Shown in pieces: positions 52,344 through 62,585 of a stretch of DNA of 64,000 nt (position 1 is its first letter; every line of letters starts with the position of its first letter). The notes below the pieces were generated by a model that saw only the letters and a program-made list of their open reading frames with translations, was not told where the DNA came from and searched no databases. The stretch is from assembly GCA_963730935.1 (NCBI GenBank), contig CAVSTP010000004.1, forward strand, positions 928,001-992,000, in the 5' to 3' direction. The position numbers were made by a program, and so were the translations under genes. Source of the DNA: an uncultured Nitrospiraceae bacterium (GTDB taxonomy: Bacteria > Nitrospirota > Nitrospiria > Nitrospirales > Nitrospiraceae).

Positions 52344-52766
52344 ATGTACGACAAGTCGTACGACCGCTCGACCATGAGGCCTGCTATTCGCGTGCTGCTC
52401 GTGGATGATCATGCACGCGTGCGGGCGGCTTTGCGCGACCTGTTGGAGAGCTATCCGAATCTGATTCTGGTCGGTGAAGCGTCTAATGGCGAAGAGGCTG
52501 TCAGCTTGGTCAAAGAATTATCCCCTTCAGTCGTCGTGATGGACATCAACATGCCGAAGCTCAACGGCATTGATGCCACAATCAGGATTAAGACGTCCTA
52601 CCCACATGTGGTGATTGTTGGCCTTTCGGTCAGTGCGAGTGATGCACATCGGCGGGCGATGACCGCCGCCGGCGCCACAGCACTCATCTCCAAATACATG
52701 GCCGTAGAACAACTGTACGTGGAAATTCAGGCGGCGATTAACGGACGCTCGACGACCAGTCACTAG
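52344..52766 (+). CDS. Single-domain response regulator (NarL-type REC)
   Basis: VLLVDDH, VGEASNGEEA, VVVMDINMP; start approximate. Confidence 0.9.
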   Translation: MYDKSYDRSTMRPAIRVLLVDDHARVRAALRDLLESYPNLILVGEASNGEEAVSLVKELSPSVVVMDINMPKLNGIDATIRIKTSYPHVVIVGLSVSASDAHRRAMTAAGATALISKYMAVEQLYVEIQAAINGRSTTSH

Positions 52767-52896
52767 GTTCCTGTCTCCCCTCTGGACCATCCTTGGGTCT
52801 TCTTGGAGAGAAACTGGGGATATTACTAGGTAGTACCAGGGCCGCCGTGCAGTATGCTGTACGAGATTTAACCTGGAACCGAGCCGGAGTACTTGC

Positions 52897-53103
52897 ATGG
52901 CAACCATGACTCGGACGATGATCCTCCCAATTTGCTGTGTGTGCGGGCTGATCAGGGAAGAGACGGGATCAGAGACAGAATCCTGGGTCACGAAACAAGT
53001 GTTTCGACAAACCCATGGGATTGATCATTCAGCCTATCGGCTGACTCATACCTATTGTCCGGCCTGCTTTACACAGTTCATGAATCGGATCGCCGCAGCC
53101 TGA
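52897..53103 (+). CDS. Zinc-binding microprotein
   Basis: CCVCG...THTYCPAC; GGAG RBS. Confidence 0.7.
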   Translation: MATMTRTMILPICCVCGLIREETGSETESWVTKQVFRQTHGIDHSAYRLTHTYCPACFTQFMNRIAAA

Positions 53104-53631
53104 GAACTCGGCGGTGGTGCCTTCTGCAGATAGTCCGCTCTCTTCCCGTCCGATATAAGCACTCACTGCAAAGTAATTCTTCCTGCCGGATCACACACCG
53201 CTCAGTGTGTAGCTCATGCCGTCGTCCGTCCCAACAAGCAGCCGCACCAAGGTAGAAACCTACTCAAAACCTACGTAGGAGGGGGGAAGAAAGAAGTTTG
53301 TACACCACCACTAGGAAGCCCTGGCGGAACCGCTTTCTCCTTTGGACCTAAAACCTCTTGAGCAGACTAGAGTTTTACCTCCTTGAATCCTTCCGCAGTC
53401 TTTGGTGTAGTGGAGGTGGGCGGAGGTGTCGTTTCCGGTATGCCCACCCTGGAGCGACAAGAGGTCTCTGCTCCCTCCTGGGAGACCTGCCTCCGCCTCC
53501 CATTCTGCCCGCGCCAGAACGCCCCCCCTTTTAGGACGGGTTCAGCCTACCTCTTCGGTATTTTCAAACGCCCGGTACTCTCACAAGATGGAATACACCA
53601 CGAGCGTGACCTGTCTTCTGGAGGGTAGTCC

Positions 53632-53832
53632 ATGTTCAAGCAAGAGGGAAAAATCGGAGCCATTCGTAGAAATGTGCGCGGGAAAGCTTGCTCCTGCTGT
53701 GGCAGCCGGAGCTATCAGCTCGTCATTCGAAGCGTAAAGCAGTCCCACGTGGGAAAGCTCTTCGCCCGCTGCACTCAATGTCATCGGCCCCGGGAGATCG
53801 ACGAAGACCTCGGACGCATTCTCTGGATGTGA
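53632..53832 (+). CDS. Zinc-ribbon microprotein
   Basis: CSCCG...CTQC; GGAGG RBS. Confidence 0.7.
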   Translation: MFKQEGKIGAIRRNVRGKACSCCGSRSYQLVIRSVKQSHVGKLFARCTQCHRPREIDEDLGRILWM

Positions 53833-53861
53833 ACCATCGGCGCTATTGTTGAGGGCCACCC

Positions 53862-54161
53862 ATGGGGATTTTCACTTCACCGCTTCTGTATGTGAGGAAA
53901 AAGCGCGCGAGGCGCAGGCAAGTGCGGACCGTCTTGCACATGCTTTCCGCTAGCGGCGTGATCCGGCTCGGCCACATTGAACCCCGCTACTTCGAACCAT
54001 CGTCGCACGTCGACGCGCTCTACCGTCAAGAAACCAAGCGCGTGAGCATGCCATCCATGCCTGTGACTTCGGTCGCACATCAGAGCTCCGGCTACGAGTG
54101 GTCAAAGCTTCGGCAGTTCGTCCTCACGGTCAAACCATCCCGTCTTCAGATCGAGCAATAA
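53862..54161 (+). CDS. Hypothetical protein
   Basis: GAGG RBS, follows the zinc-ribbon gene. Confidence 0.45.
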   Translation: MGIFTSPLLYVRKKRARRRQVRTVLHMLSASGVIRLGHIEPRYFEPSSHVDALYRQETKRVSMPSMPVTSVAHQSSGYEWSKLRQFVLTVKPSRLQIEQ

Positions 54162-54464
54162 GCGCAGCACGAGGGCTCCGGACGTCACGTTCGGAACTCT
54201 TGTACCTCATGAAGCCGTCAGGTATGATCACGCCTCACTCTGATGGTGATTGAAGAGGAAACCCCGAACAGAACGTCCTCTCTTCGCCATTGTCTGTCTC
54301 CAGCACCAAGCAATGTCTTCCGCGGAGGGATTGTTGATGGGCTGGCCCGAGTGCGAAGGGCAAAACGAGCTGTGGGGAACACCCTGCTAGTCGGTCATCT
54401 GATCGTCATCGCCTAGCTACATCGACGACAGGAAAACCCGGACAGGATGCAGTCTTGATGTTGT

Positions 54465-54558
<94 letters not shown>

Positions 54559-54798
54559 AAAACATTGACACTAGGATCTCAATCGCGAATCGGCGATTAA
54601 GCCGACGCCGACAGATCGGAGCCCTTACGATTGATCTTGGCTACTGGATAAAACCCTCCAGTTTCAGGATCAAACTAGACTCTGAGGGTGGGGGAAGTTC
54701 CACTCTCCGCCATCGTAAAGCTCGAGGTTGAGAAGGCTGCTCGAGCTTGATTTTCGTCAGTCATTTCTGCAAAAGTGCCGCTTCTTGTTTTTCGATGT

Positions 54799-54874
54799 GC
54801 CGAGGTAGCTCAGTTGGTAGAGCACAGCCCTGAAAAGGCTGGTGTCGACAGTTCGATTCTGTCCCTCGGCACCA
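54799..54874 (+). tRNA. tRNA-Phe(GAA)
   Basis: 76 nt, anticodon loop CTGAAAA, TTCGATTC, ACCA. Confidence 0.96.
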
Positions 54875-54887
54875 ATCTTCCGCGGAC

Positions 54888-55646
54888 TTACAAGCTTCGA
54901 TCATTTTCGCAACTGCCCACGAACTGCCCTGCCCATCGCTGACCAGAGTGCCGCTCTTTTGCCTGTTGCATAATGCAACGCTCATCATTCGTGGCAGCCT
55001 GCAGCTTTTCGATTGTCACACGCTCTAGAATCATTACCGCCTCACGTAGTCGGGATTCCCAAAGATGCAGGTAGCTTTCGGTCATTCCCGGAATTTTATG
55101 TCCAGCAAGCCTCTGTACAACCGCATAATCAACACCCGCCTCAAGCAGCCAACTCAGTGCTGTATGTCTCAGATCATGGTAGTGCAAATCATGAATGCCA
55201 GCTCATTCGCATGCACCGATCCATCGATGCTTAAATGAATTTCCTTTTTTCCATTGTTCGAAGAATCGTCCGCCAATACGATTCTGTTCACCGTGTAGCA
55301 TGATTAATCCCAGCCGATTTACTGGCACCGATTTCGGCACACGTTTTAAGCGGCTCCCGGCTGACGGCATCATCCACCAACCATCGGCGCGCTGGATTAG
55401 CCACTCGGAATGCGCTTCAATTAGTTTGTCTTGTCGTAGCGGTACCTGAATCCCAGCCAACAGCATTCTTCCAATAGCAGCCGAGTTCATACGGAGAATT
55501 CGCCACAATCCCAGGGTTCCGCGACCCGCTCTCGTTTTTCGCCTTGCGGAGTGGGCAATAAGCCGAATGCCCGATCCCGACTGATCAACGCTCACATTAG
55601 AGAGAGATACCGGTTTTGCAGCCTTAACAGGATTTCTCTTGACCAC
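54888..55646 (-). pseudogene. Tyrosine integrase remnant next to tRNA-Phe
   Basis: HDLRH, LAGH, TESY catalytic motifs; in-frame TGA at 55203-55205; N-terminus missing. Confidence 0.85.
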
Positions 55647-55885
55647 CCTGCCGTCATAGAAAAGAGCGTAACTGCAGGATTTCTCTACGGGACTCTCCAG
55701 CCGCCCGGGGAATCTGACAAGGGAAACCTATTGAGAGGCAGCATCTGAAATTAATTTATCCCGGCCAGCGGAATGGTCAGTTTTAGACAGCACGGCTTCT
55801 ATCCGCCGCTCTAACATGCCCCCATAAAACGAGGGTTCTCACTTACCTTTTTCTATCGCAATGGGTGAGCCCAAAGGAGCCGCAT

Positions 55886-56764
55886 ATGGACCCTTCAAAG
55901 AATAATGGAAAGATGACGGCAGACGTCCATTCAACGAAAGAAACGTTACGCGACTCTCAGCACACCAGGGTCAGCGCCGAGCGAGCGGCCTACTCCCAGC
56001 TACAACAGTGGAACCGATTGCTGGAGCGGAAACTCGCCGCGCGCACTCAGGAGTTAGGCCGTTCCCTGGTGGATCTCCGGTCCTTGGCGACAGCGCTCGA
56101 TGCTGCGGAGCAGCGTGAACGCACGCGCCTGGCGACCGAGTTGCACGACTATCTGGCGCAGTTACTCGTGCTCGGCCGCATGAAAATCGGACTGCTGCAG
56201 CGACTCCCTCTGCCTTTAGCGGGCGATGAGATGGTCCAAGAAGTCGAGGACGTGTTGACCCAAGCCTTACAGTATTGCCAGACGTTGATGGCCGAGTTGA
56301 GTCCACCTATCCTGCACGAACAAGGACTGGTCGCTGGGATTCGAGCACTCGCTACACAGATGAAGCGTCATGATCTGGAGGTACGAGTGGACCTGGATCA
56401 GATCGATGAGTGCGCCATTCCTCTCAGTTGCGCCGTCCTGCTCTTTCGTTCGGTGCGGGAACTGCTGATCAACACGGCGAAGCATGCGGCCGTGAAACAG
56501 GCGACGGTCCGCCTGACCTGCGACCAGGGCCTCCTTCAGATCGTGGTGCGTGATGAGAGCGGCTTCGATCTCGCGGCCTCGCAAGGGCCACAGCCTGCCG
56601 GCACGGGAAGCGTCTTCTCTTCGAAGATCGGCCTCCTCACGATCCGGGAACGAATGAAAGTCTTGAACGGTCGCTTTGATTTCATTTCGGCGCCGAAACA
56701 GGGCACCACGGCGACCCTTACTTTGCCGCTCGGTCCACGCACCACGTCAATTCTCTCTGCATGA
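55886..56764 (+). CDS. Sensor-less HisKA_3/HATPase histidine kinase, copy 1
   Basis: ERTRLATELHDYLAQ, ELLINTAKHA, GLLTIRER; no TM or PAS region. Confidence 0.88.
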   Translation: MDPSKNNGKMTADVHSTKETLRDSQHTRVSAERAAYSQLQQWNRLLERKLAARTQELGRSLVDLRSLATALDAAEQRERTRLATELHDYLAQLLVLGRMKIGLLQRLPLPLAGDEMVQEVEDVLTQALQYCQTLMAELSPPILHEQGLVAGIRALATQMKRHDLEVRVDLDQIDECAIPLSCAVLLFRSVRELLINTAKHAAVKQATVRLTCDQGLLQIVVRDESGFDLAASQGPQPAGTGSVFSSKIGLLTIRERMKVLNGRFDFISAPKQGTTATLTLPLGPRTTSILSA

Positions 56765-56813
56765 GAGACAGCCCGCGGGCGGTGCGCGAACGTGTGAAGA
56801 AGAAGAAGGATCT

Positions 56814-57032
56814 ATGCTTTGTCAACGCTGCAGAGGACTGCTGATCCGCGAAACTTTCGGAGAACTGAGAGATGAGCTAGGGCGCCTATGCTTGGCAACA
56901 CAATGCGTAAATTGTGGGTGCATTGAGGACTCCGTGGTTCGTGCCAATCGCCTCCGCCATCATGGCAAAACGGTCGCTTTCTCAGGGGATGGTCACAATT
57001 GGAGAAGTCCTGCCATGCGAGCTCATTTTTGA
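56814..57032 (+). CDS. Zinc-ribbon microprotein
   Basis: MLCQRCRGLL...CVNCG; AAGGA RBS. Confidence 0.65.
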   Translation: MLCQRCRGLLIRETFGELRDELGRLCLATQCVNCGCIEDSVVRANRLRHHGKTVAFSGDGHNWRSPAMRAHF

Positions 57033-57336
57033 AGGTATAGGGTCATAGAGGAGAAGATCCTGCGGCGTGCAAAGGAGAAGTCCGATGGAACCACAGAACC
57101 ACAACAAATTTTAGGGGAGGCCAGTCGGGATTGCGATCACGGTTGAGGAGATCGATCGCGTTCTGGCAAACTGAAGTCCTGCCAAAGGAAGAGGCGCTTG
57201 ATCTATATCGCATCATGCGGAGAGCGGTGGAAACATACTCAGTCTCGGGTTCAACAAGTGGAGATTCCCCTTCGAATGTCACTTCACTCGAGACCTGAAT
57301 AGTCCATCAGTTGACCCTTGCTCTACGGAGCTACAT

Positions 57337-57681
57337 TCACGCTTGTCTCTTCGAAACAGGGCCAGAGGGCTGAGCCGCTTTAATGGCCAAAAGCACCCCT
57401 TGCAGCCGCTGCTGATCATCGAATGATATTCCAACAAACTCCAGGCCGAATTCGTTGCCGCTTGACCAACGAATGATAGCCCGGTCGACTTGAATAGGAG
57501 CCAACAAGCGGGGGACGTCAATCAGTACGCGTAGTAAAGCGTCCCGCCGAATCACCCCCTCGCTCGAGCCTCGGCAACCTGAGGCCGATAAATTAAGAAT
57601 CATACCCTGGCTGTTGATCCCGTTTCCCAAAAATGACCCCGGATATTCGACGGCATAACGAAGGTGTCGACGCTTGTCCAT
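57337..57681 (-). CDS. Single-domain PilZ protein
   Basis: RRHLR, NLSASG, FGLEF. Confidence 0.85.
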   Translation of the reverse strand: MDKRRHLRYAVEYPGSFLGNGINSQGMILNLSASGCRGSSEGVIRRDALLRVLIDVPRLLAPIQVDRAIIRWSSGNEFGLEFVGISFDDQQRLQGVLLAIKAAQPSGPVSKRQA

Positions 57682-57726
57682 ATCGTTTCAGCGTTCGAGA
57701 AAGGATAGGTTGAACGCCCTCGTCGT

Positions 57727-58014
57727 TCACCAATAGTAGTACTGGCCGTTCTTCTCATCCCGCATCTTGCCAGCCAGGTCGGAGTTCACCAATAATCGCC
57801 GCATCATCTCCCCGTCACTTGATAGGTCAGAAAGACGAGTCCATCCCACCTTCAGTTTGATCTGTTCGAAAGTTTTTGCATTCGTCATCGTGAATCGGTG
57901 GCAGACGCTGGGCTCGGCTGTGTCCTCGGTCAAGTTGAATCCTGGGAATGCCTTCAACAAATACTCTCGTATGGCCTTCAGATTTTGCTGAACGCACTTT
58001 TGTTCTTCGCGCAT
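57727..58014 (-). CDS. Hypothetical 95-aa protein, copy 3
   Basis: Paralogue of 40803-41090. Confidence 0.75.
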   Translation of the reverse strand: MREEQKCVQQNLKAIREYLLKAFPGFNLTEDTAEPSVCHRFTMTNAKTFEQIKLKVGWTRLSDLSSDGEMMRRLLVNSDLAGKMRDEKNGQYYYW

Positions 58015-58723
58015 AGATAGTCGTATGCAGCGCGAAGGTACATCAGAATTTGAGATATTGAGTAGGGCCTTGTAGCCGTAGGTGTTTGGACTACCTACAC
58101 TTAACCTAGAGGGAGTTTCAGCATGAACCTGAAATGTACGCAGCGCCTTGGATTCGTCTTAGTCGCTGACCGGCTCACAGGTCGTAGCGCCGGCCGGCAC
58201 GATTCAATCAATGCGATCGCGGGTGATGGATAACGGGTGCGGGCAGGCTATCACCCGTAATTGTGATTCAGCGGTCATGTGCATGCTGCTCGGCTCCCCG
58301 GCGAGGAAGCCACCGGCCTCCCCGCGTCTGAGCCAACACGAAACCCTCCGAGAGGGCTTCAGTGGGTCAGATTTAATAAGCCTTGTTAGTCGCTCTGAGA
58401 GGGTGCTCACTGGGTCTTCGGCGACTGTAAGTGTCATCCACGACCACATCTATTTCGCCTTTGAAGACGACAAAGTAATACAAGGAACATATTCTGTTTC
58501 CAAGTCGGAATTGCGCTTAGTGTTTTTCGGAAATGAGGCTATCGTTTTCTACCGCGTCGTTCTTACTCCCTACTTGTTTAATTCATCGCCGTAGTATCCG
58601 AACAACTTTACCCTTTCACATTGGTAGCAGTCGGGTAGGCGAGCTCTCTAACTACTTGCTTACGTAAGGGACTTTCAAAAGACGAGCGAACTAATAAACC
58701 GCAGGTCAGAGGAGGGAACTACG

Positions 58724-60034
58724 TCAGCGCAGGACGTCACTGATACTGGTAATAAGCACGCAGGTGCACCCGGTTTCGCTCCAGACGAAGTCGTCGCCCG
58801 TGCCAGGCGCAGCGTAGTTGTAGTCGCCTGGGAAGAGCTTCCGCTGATCGATCCACAGCTCCCCCTCGAGGAGGTGCAATTCTTCGATGCCGGCATGCGT
58901 ATGCCCTGGGTAACTCGCGCCGGGCGCGAGTCGTACCAGCATGCTGACGCGGTGCCGTGGCGTGTCGGTCGCGAGCAGCTTGCATTCAATCCCAGGGGCT
59001 ACCTGTTCCCATTCGGGCTCGGACCACCGTTGCTCCGACGGCAGCACTGGTGACTGGCCGGTCTCCTCCGCGATACGCAGCGCAAGGCGCGTCTGTAGCG
59101 AGGTAATCGGACGCGGCACATCGAGAGTCGCCAAGGCAACGTGCAGCGGCTCGCGCTCTTCAGGCAGCTCCAGTTCATCATGAGGATCGGCAGTGACCTC
59201 CCCGAGCGGTTCCAGATTTAAGCCCTGGCTGCGCTTCTTTCGGTTTTCGAAGCGGAGCCGGCCAATGGCCCACGACCGTGTCTGGTTCATAATCCAACCG
59301 AGCACCGTGCCGTTCGCGTCGTCGTAATGTGATGCGCGCCGCCAGACGTCGTGGAAGACATCGATGGTGAGCTCTTCTGCGGTTTCCCGGTTTGCCGTGA
59401 TTCGCATAATCAACGTGAAGACGGGACGATGAGCCCTGTCGTAGAGCGCATGCAGCGCGAGCTGGTCGCCCTCAGCAATCGATTGGACAAGAGTCGCCCA
59501 ATCCTGCTCGGGTACCGGCGCCTTGGCATTCGCATAGAGGACATCACCGAGTGTTGCCGGCCGCTGATATTCAGCCTCCTTCGACATGACCGATAGGTCG
59601 CGGTCGTCCAGTCGTTCTGCACCTTCGGCAGCTTCTAGGACGAGAATCGCTCGAACAGCTGCCACGGCTTCTTGTAAAGCCCCGTATAACTCAGTAACTG
59701 GTGTGTCCTTACTCATAATTTTCAACGCCCCTGCTTTTTGCATGGCGTACAACTGATAGTCTTTGGAATCAACAGACCATCCTACGACGATAATTTCAGG
59801 ATTCTGTGCCTTGATTAGTCGGGTTGCTGTGATTCCATCCATTTTCGGCATGTTAATGTCCATGACGACGACTGTTGGTTGTAGCTTTTCCGCACTCACA
59901 ACAGCGTCCTCCCCATTGGTCGCCTCGCCGACGACGCGAATGTTGTCAAACGCCTCTAACTCAATACGCAAGGCTTGGCGTAAGGTCGTATGATCGTCCA
60001 CTAAGAGAACGCGAATTGGCCGCGCCATTACCAT
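58724..60034 (-). CDS. REC + ECF sigma region 2 + ChrR-like cupin fusion
   Basis: N-terminal VLLVDDH..VMDINMP; middle GDQLALHALYD..AEELTIDVFHDVWR; C-terminal YPGHTHAGIEELHLLEG. Confidence 0.8.
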   Translation of the reverse strand: MVMARPIRVLLVDDHTTLRQALRIELEAFDNIRVVGEATNGEDAVVSAEKLQPTVVVMDINMPKMDGITATRLIKAQNPEIIVVGWSVDSKDYQLYAMQKAGALKIMSKDTPVTELYGALQEAVAAVRAILVLEAAEGAERLDDRDLSVMSKEAEYQRPATLGDVLYANAKAPVPEQDWATLVQSIAEGDQLALHALYDRAHRPVFTLIMRITANRETAEELTIDVFHDVWRRASHYDDANGTVLGWIMNQTRSWAIGRLRFENRKKRSQGLNLEPLGEVTADPHDELELPEEREPLHVALATLDVPRPITSLQTRLALRIAEETGQSPVLPSEQRWSEPEWEQVAPGIECKLLATDTPRHRVSMLVRLAPGASYPGHTHAGIEELHLLEGELWIDQRKLFPGDYNYAAPGTGDDFVWSETGCTCVLITSISDVLR

Positions 60035-60383
60035 AGAGTCATCCTATCGATCAGCAACTAGTCGTGGGCGTAGGTTTGCCAGTGGCTTTGCGTCTAACGT
60101 GCGCAAGTTCTTTGCTGCTCGTGTATGTCCTAACTGCAAAAAATGGGAGGATGGACAGAAAGCTTTCGTGCCGAAATGAGTAGGGAGGCGCAAATAACAC
60201 CGGTGCGGTTCGAGCGTCAATGAGTAGTGGGGAACTGGCTGCCAAGACTTATGCCACCGCCTTTCTCACATGTCGGCGGAATGGCCTGCCGTTAGGCCGT
60301 CGGCATATGTGTTGATCGTGGAAAGCAGCACCCTACCCCACGGACAACGTTGCGTCAAGCCCTCTTCACGGCTTCTTCCTCCA

Positions 60384-60427
60384 TTCGTAAACCGCAGGTC
60401 GCCCGTTCAATCCGGGTCGCCGACCCC
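60384..60427 (+). mobile_element. att scar: 3' half of tRNA-Thr(CGT)
   Basis: TTCGTAAACCGCAGGTCGCCCGTTCAATCCGGGTCGCCG; shorter copies at 58695-58707 and 62559-62575. Confidence 0.8.
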
Positions 60428-60617
60428 TTGGCGACGGGATGAATACCCTCTCTACTCGGTACTGCCCCTTGACTTCGCGCACGAAGTAATTACCTGGGAA
60501 AGCAGTGATCATAAGAAGGTAAACGACCTGAGAAGGTCTATTCTTCTTGTCGGTCACCACTCCATTTAACAGCTTAACCTTTTTAACTACCTCTTATGAG
60601 GAGGGAGGAGGATCGTT

Positions 60618-61025
60618 ATGACTGGTTATCTACCTACGGTATTCAATGGGAAAATCGATCAACTATTGGATGAAGCGCTGCGTGGTTTGGGTCGGGAGTC
60701 CGCATGGACACCCGCAAGCAATGTCTGGGAAGACGAAAAGGGATTCCATGTTCAGTTGGCATTGCCTGGCTGGAACACGAAAGACGTGTCCATCCAAGTC
60801 GAGAAACAGGCTATGACAGTAACTGGTGCTCACCAGTCAGAACATGAGGCAACTCGAAAAGTGTATCAATGGGAAATCGTCCACGGGCAGTTTGCAATGC
60901 AGTACCGGCTGCCCAATTTCGTACAGCAAGAACAAGCTTCCGCAAGCTTCAAGGACGGCGTCTTGACGATCTCTTTCCCCAAACGAGAGGAAGCAAAGCC
61001 CCGACGGATTGAAATTAACGTCTGA
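60618..61025 (+). CDS. Hsp20/alpha-crystallin small heat-shock protein
   Basis: WTPASNVWED, ALPG, ASFKDGVLTISFPK, RRIEI. Confidence 0.92.
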   Translation: MTGYLPTVFNGKIDQLLDEALRGLGRESAWTPASNVWEDEKGFHVQLALPGWNTKDVSIQVEKQAMTVTGAHQSEHEATRKVYQWEIVHGQFAMQYRLPNFVQQEQASASFKDGVLTISFPKREEAKPRRIEINV

Positions 61026-61037
61026 GCAGTAATCGAC

Positions 61038-61071
61038 GGGAGGCCCCAAGCTACGGGGTCTCCCCCTTCTT
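61038..61071 (+). terminator. Probable intrinsic terminator after hsp20
   Basis: GGGAGGCCCC...GGGGTCTCCC stem followed by TTCTT. Confidence 0.5.
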
Positions 61072-61257
61072 ACCCAATCGAGTTTGACTGCGTCATGGCA
61101 AAGCGATTCGCGCAGGGCGTGACAGGTGCCAGCATGATGCACAGATTAGTCGACGTCAAAGAGAAGGATGTTGATAGGTGGTCTAGTTTTACGGCTCAAC
61201 TCCAAGGACTGTACTCGATCTGCTCGTAGTTTGTACCCGTCCCAGCACAGGGCAAGA

Positions 61258-61671
61258 CTAGTCAATCTTGACAATTCCATCTATCCTCAATGCTGTATCC
61301 ATTCGGACCGTGTAGGGGTATGTGCCTGAAGTGGAAAAACAAAGACTCGCAGAGTCGTTATTATGCACCGTCGCGGTCGCGAGGAATTCGGGTCCCGGCG
61401 CTCCGAACAGATACCCCCATCCGGTAGAAACAAACCCCTTTCGACAAGAGACGACACCCTCCAGAGACTCAAACGAGATACCTACAGGACCGCTTCTCGT
61501 ATTGATCCACCGTACTTCGTCGCCTCGTTGCACGGTCACCACCTGGGGTGAGAGAGACTCACCAATCTTCACTTGGAATACTTTTCCCGTTAAGGAAGAC
61601 TGTGGGAAATGACTTGCACACCCCAAAGTCACCAGTATTCCAAGCAACACTCCAATACGCATAAGGTTCAT
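61258..61671 (-). CDS. Cupredoxin-like lipoprotein
   Basis: Lipobox TLGC; SPQVVTVQRGDEVRWIN...FSTSGTYPY. Confidence 0.65.
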   Translation of the reverse strand: MNLMRIGVLLGILVTLGCASHFPQSSLTGKVFQVKIGESLSPQVVTVQRGDEVRWINTRSGPVGISFESLEGVVSCRKGFVSTGWGYLFGAPGPEFLATATVHNNDSASLCFSTSGTYPYTVRMDTALRIDGIVKID

Positions 61672-61703
61672 GGCGGAGCGTCATTCCGCTGTGAAAATGT
61701 AGT

Positions 61704-62009
61704 CTACTTCTGCTTCGCCACAATCTTGTACTTGATCTGCTCGTATGTGGCGCGTAGCAGGATCTGTTTCTGAACCAACTCATCCTTTCGAGCGTATGGT
61801 CTTCCCTTGATGATTTTCTCTGAGTAGGCATCGCCAATGCCAGGAAGAGCCTTGAGCTGGTCGATGGTTGCCGTGTTGATGTCGAGCAGATCAGCGTCCG
61901 CCGCTTCCTTTTGGGGGGCAGCATTTACATCCGGGGGGAGTACAATCGAGAAGAGAGGGAGAAACAGGACTGCTATCAAAACAATCGTGGAAACGAGCTT
62001 GGTCTTCAT
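61704..62009 (-). CDS. ComEA-like helix-hairpin-helix protein
   Basis: Signal peptide; LDINTATIDQLKALPGIG...KIIKGRPY. Confidence 0.9.
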   Translation of the reverse strand: MKTKLVSTIVLIAVLFLPLFSIVLPPDVNAAPQKEAADADLLDINTATIDQLKALPGIGDAYSEKIIKGRPYARKDELVQKQILLRATYEQIKYKIVAKQK

Positions 62010-62030
62010 AAATCTCTCCCTTCGTTAACC

Positions 62031-62357
62031 ATGCAGCGTGATCACGTGCACAAGGAACTGCTTGTAAAAGTGGTCACTGACTATTCCAACGTTCCAGCTG
62101 GTACGTGGGCCGTGGTTGAGTCGACAGGAACAGAAGATGGCGCATGGTGGTTTACTGTCCGGTGGCGACCGTATACACCGATTCCGCGGAAATTTCCACG
62201 TCAGATGACGGAATACAGCCTCAATTGCTGGGAATCGGATCTGGCACTGTTTGAGCTTGTTTCCGCCGAAGAAGAGCAAGGGGTCAGGACGCCGGAGCTA
62301 GAGACTGTACCTTCAATCAATCGCCCACCATCATCCAAGTTAGGTGGGGATTTCTAA
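62031..62357 (+). CDS. Hypothetical protein
   Basis: Beta-rich ORF (VKVVTDYSNVPAGTWAVVES); function unknown. Confidence 0.45.
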   Translation: MQRDHVHKELLVKVVTDYSNVPAGTWAVVESTGTEDGAWWFTVRWRPYTPIPRKFPRQMTEYSLNCWESDLALFELVSAEEEQGVRTPELETVPSINRPPSSKLGGDF

Positions 62358-62585
62358 CAGTCCTTCTGCCCTTAAAGTTAATCGTTCTCAATGTGCTATT
62401 GCGCCGTCTTAATCAGTCCCCCGTAGGACCGTCGTCCTCATCTGCTACCACGCTGCTACCAGGACAGGACGACTCATTCCCATCTAGCCCCATTTCAAGA
62501 GCATCCTGCTTTGTGGTTTCTTGTGGGGTTAGGTTGTCTGAGATTGGGTTTGTGGAATTTCGTAAACCGCAAGTCAGACTTTCAA

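Noticed and set aside
55203..55205. In-frame TGA in the integrase (and at 47467) as selenocysteine or readthrough
   Set aside because: The paralogues of the 47467 gene have Arg there, and the integrase is also truncated; simple nonsense mutations are the better explanation.
58204..58600. Possible phage tail or cNMP-binding gene fragments
   Set aside because: Only a few residues of resemblance across broken frames.
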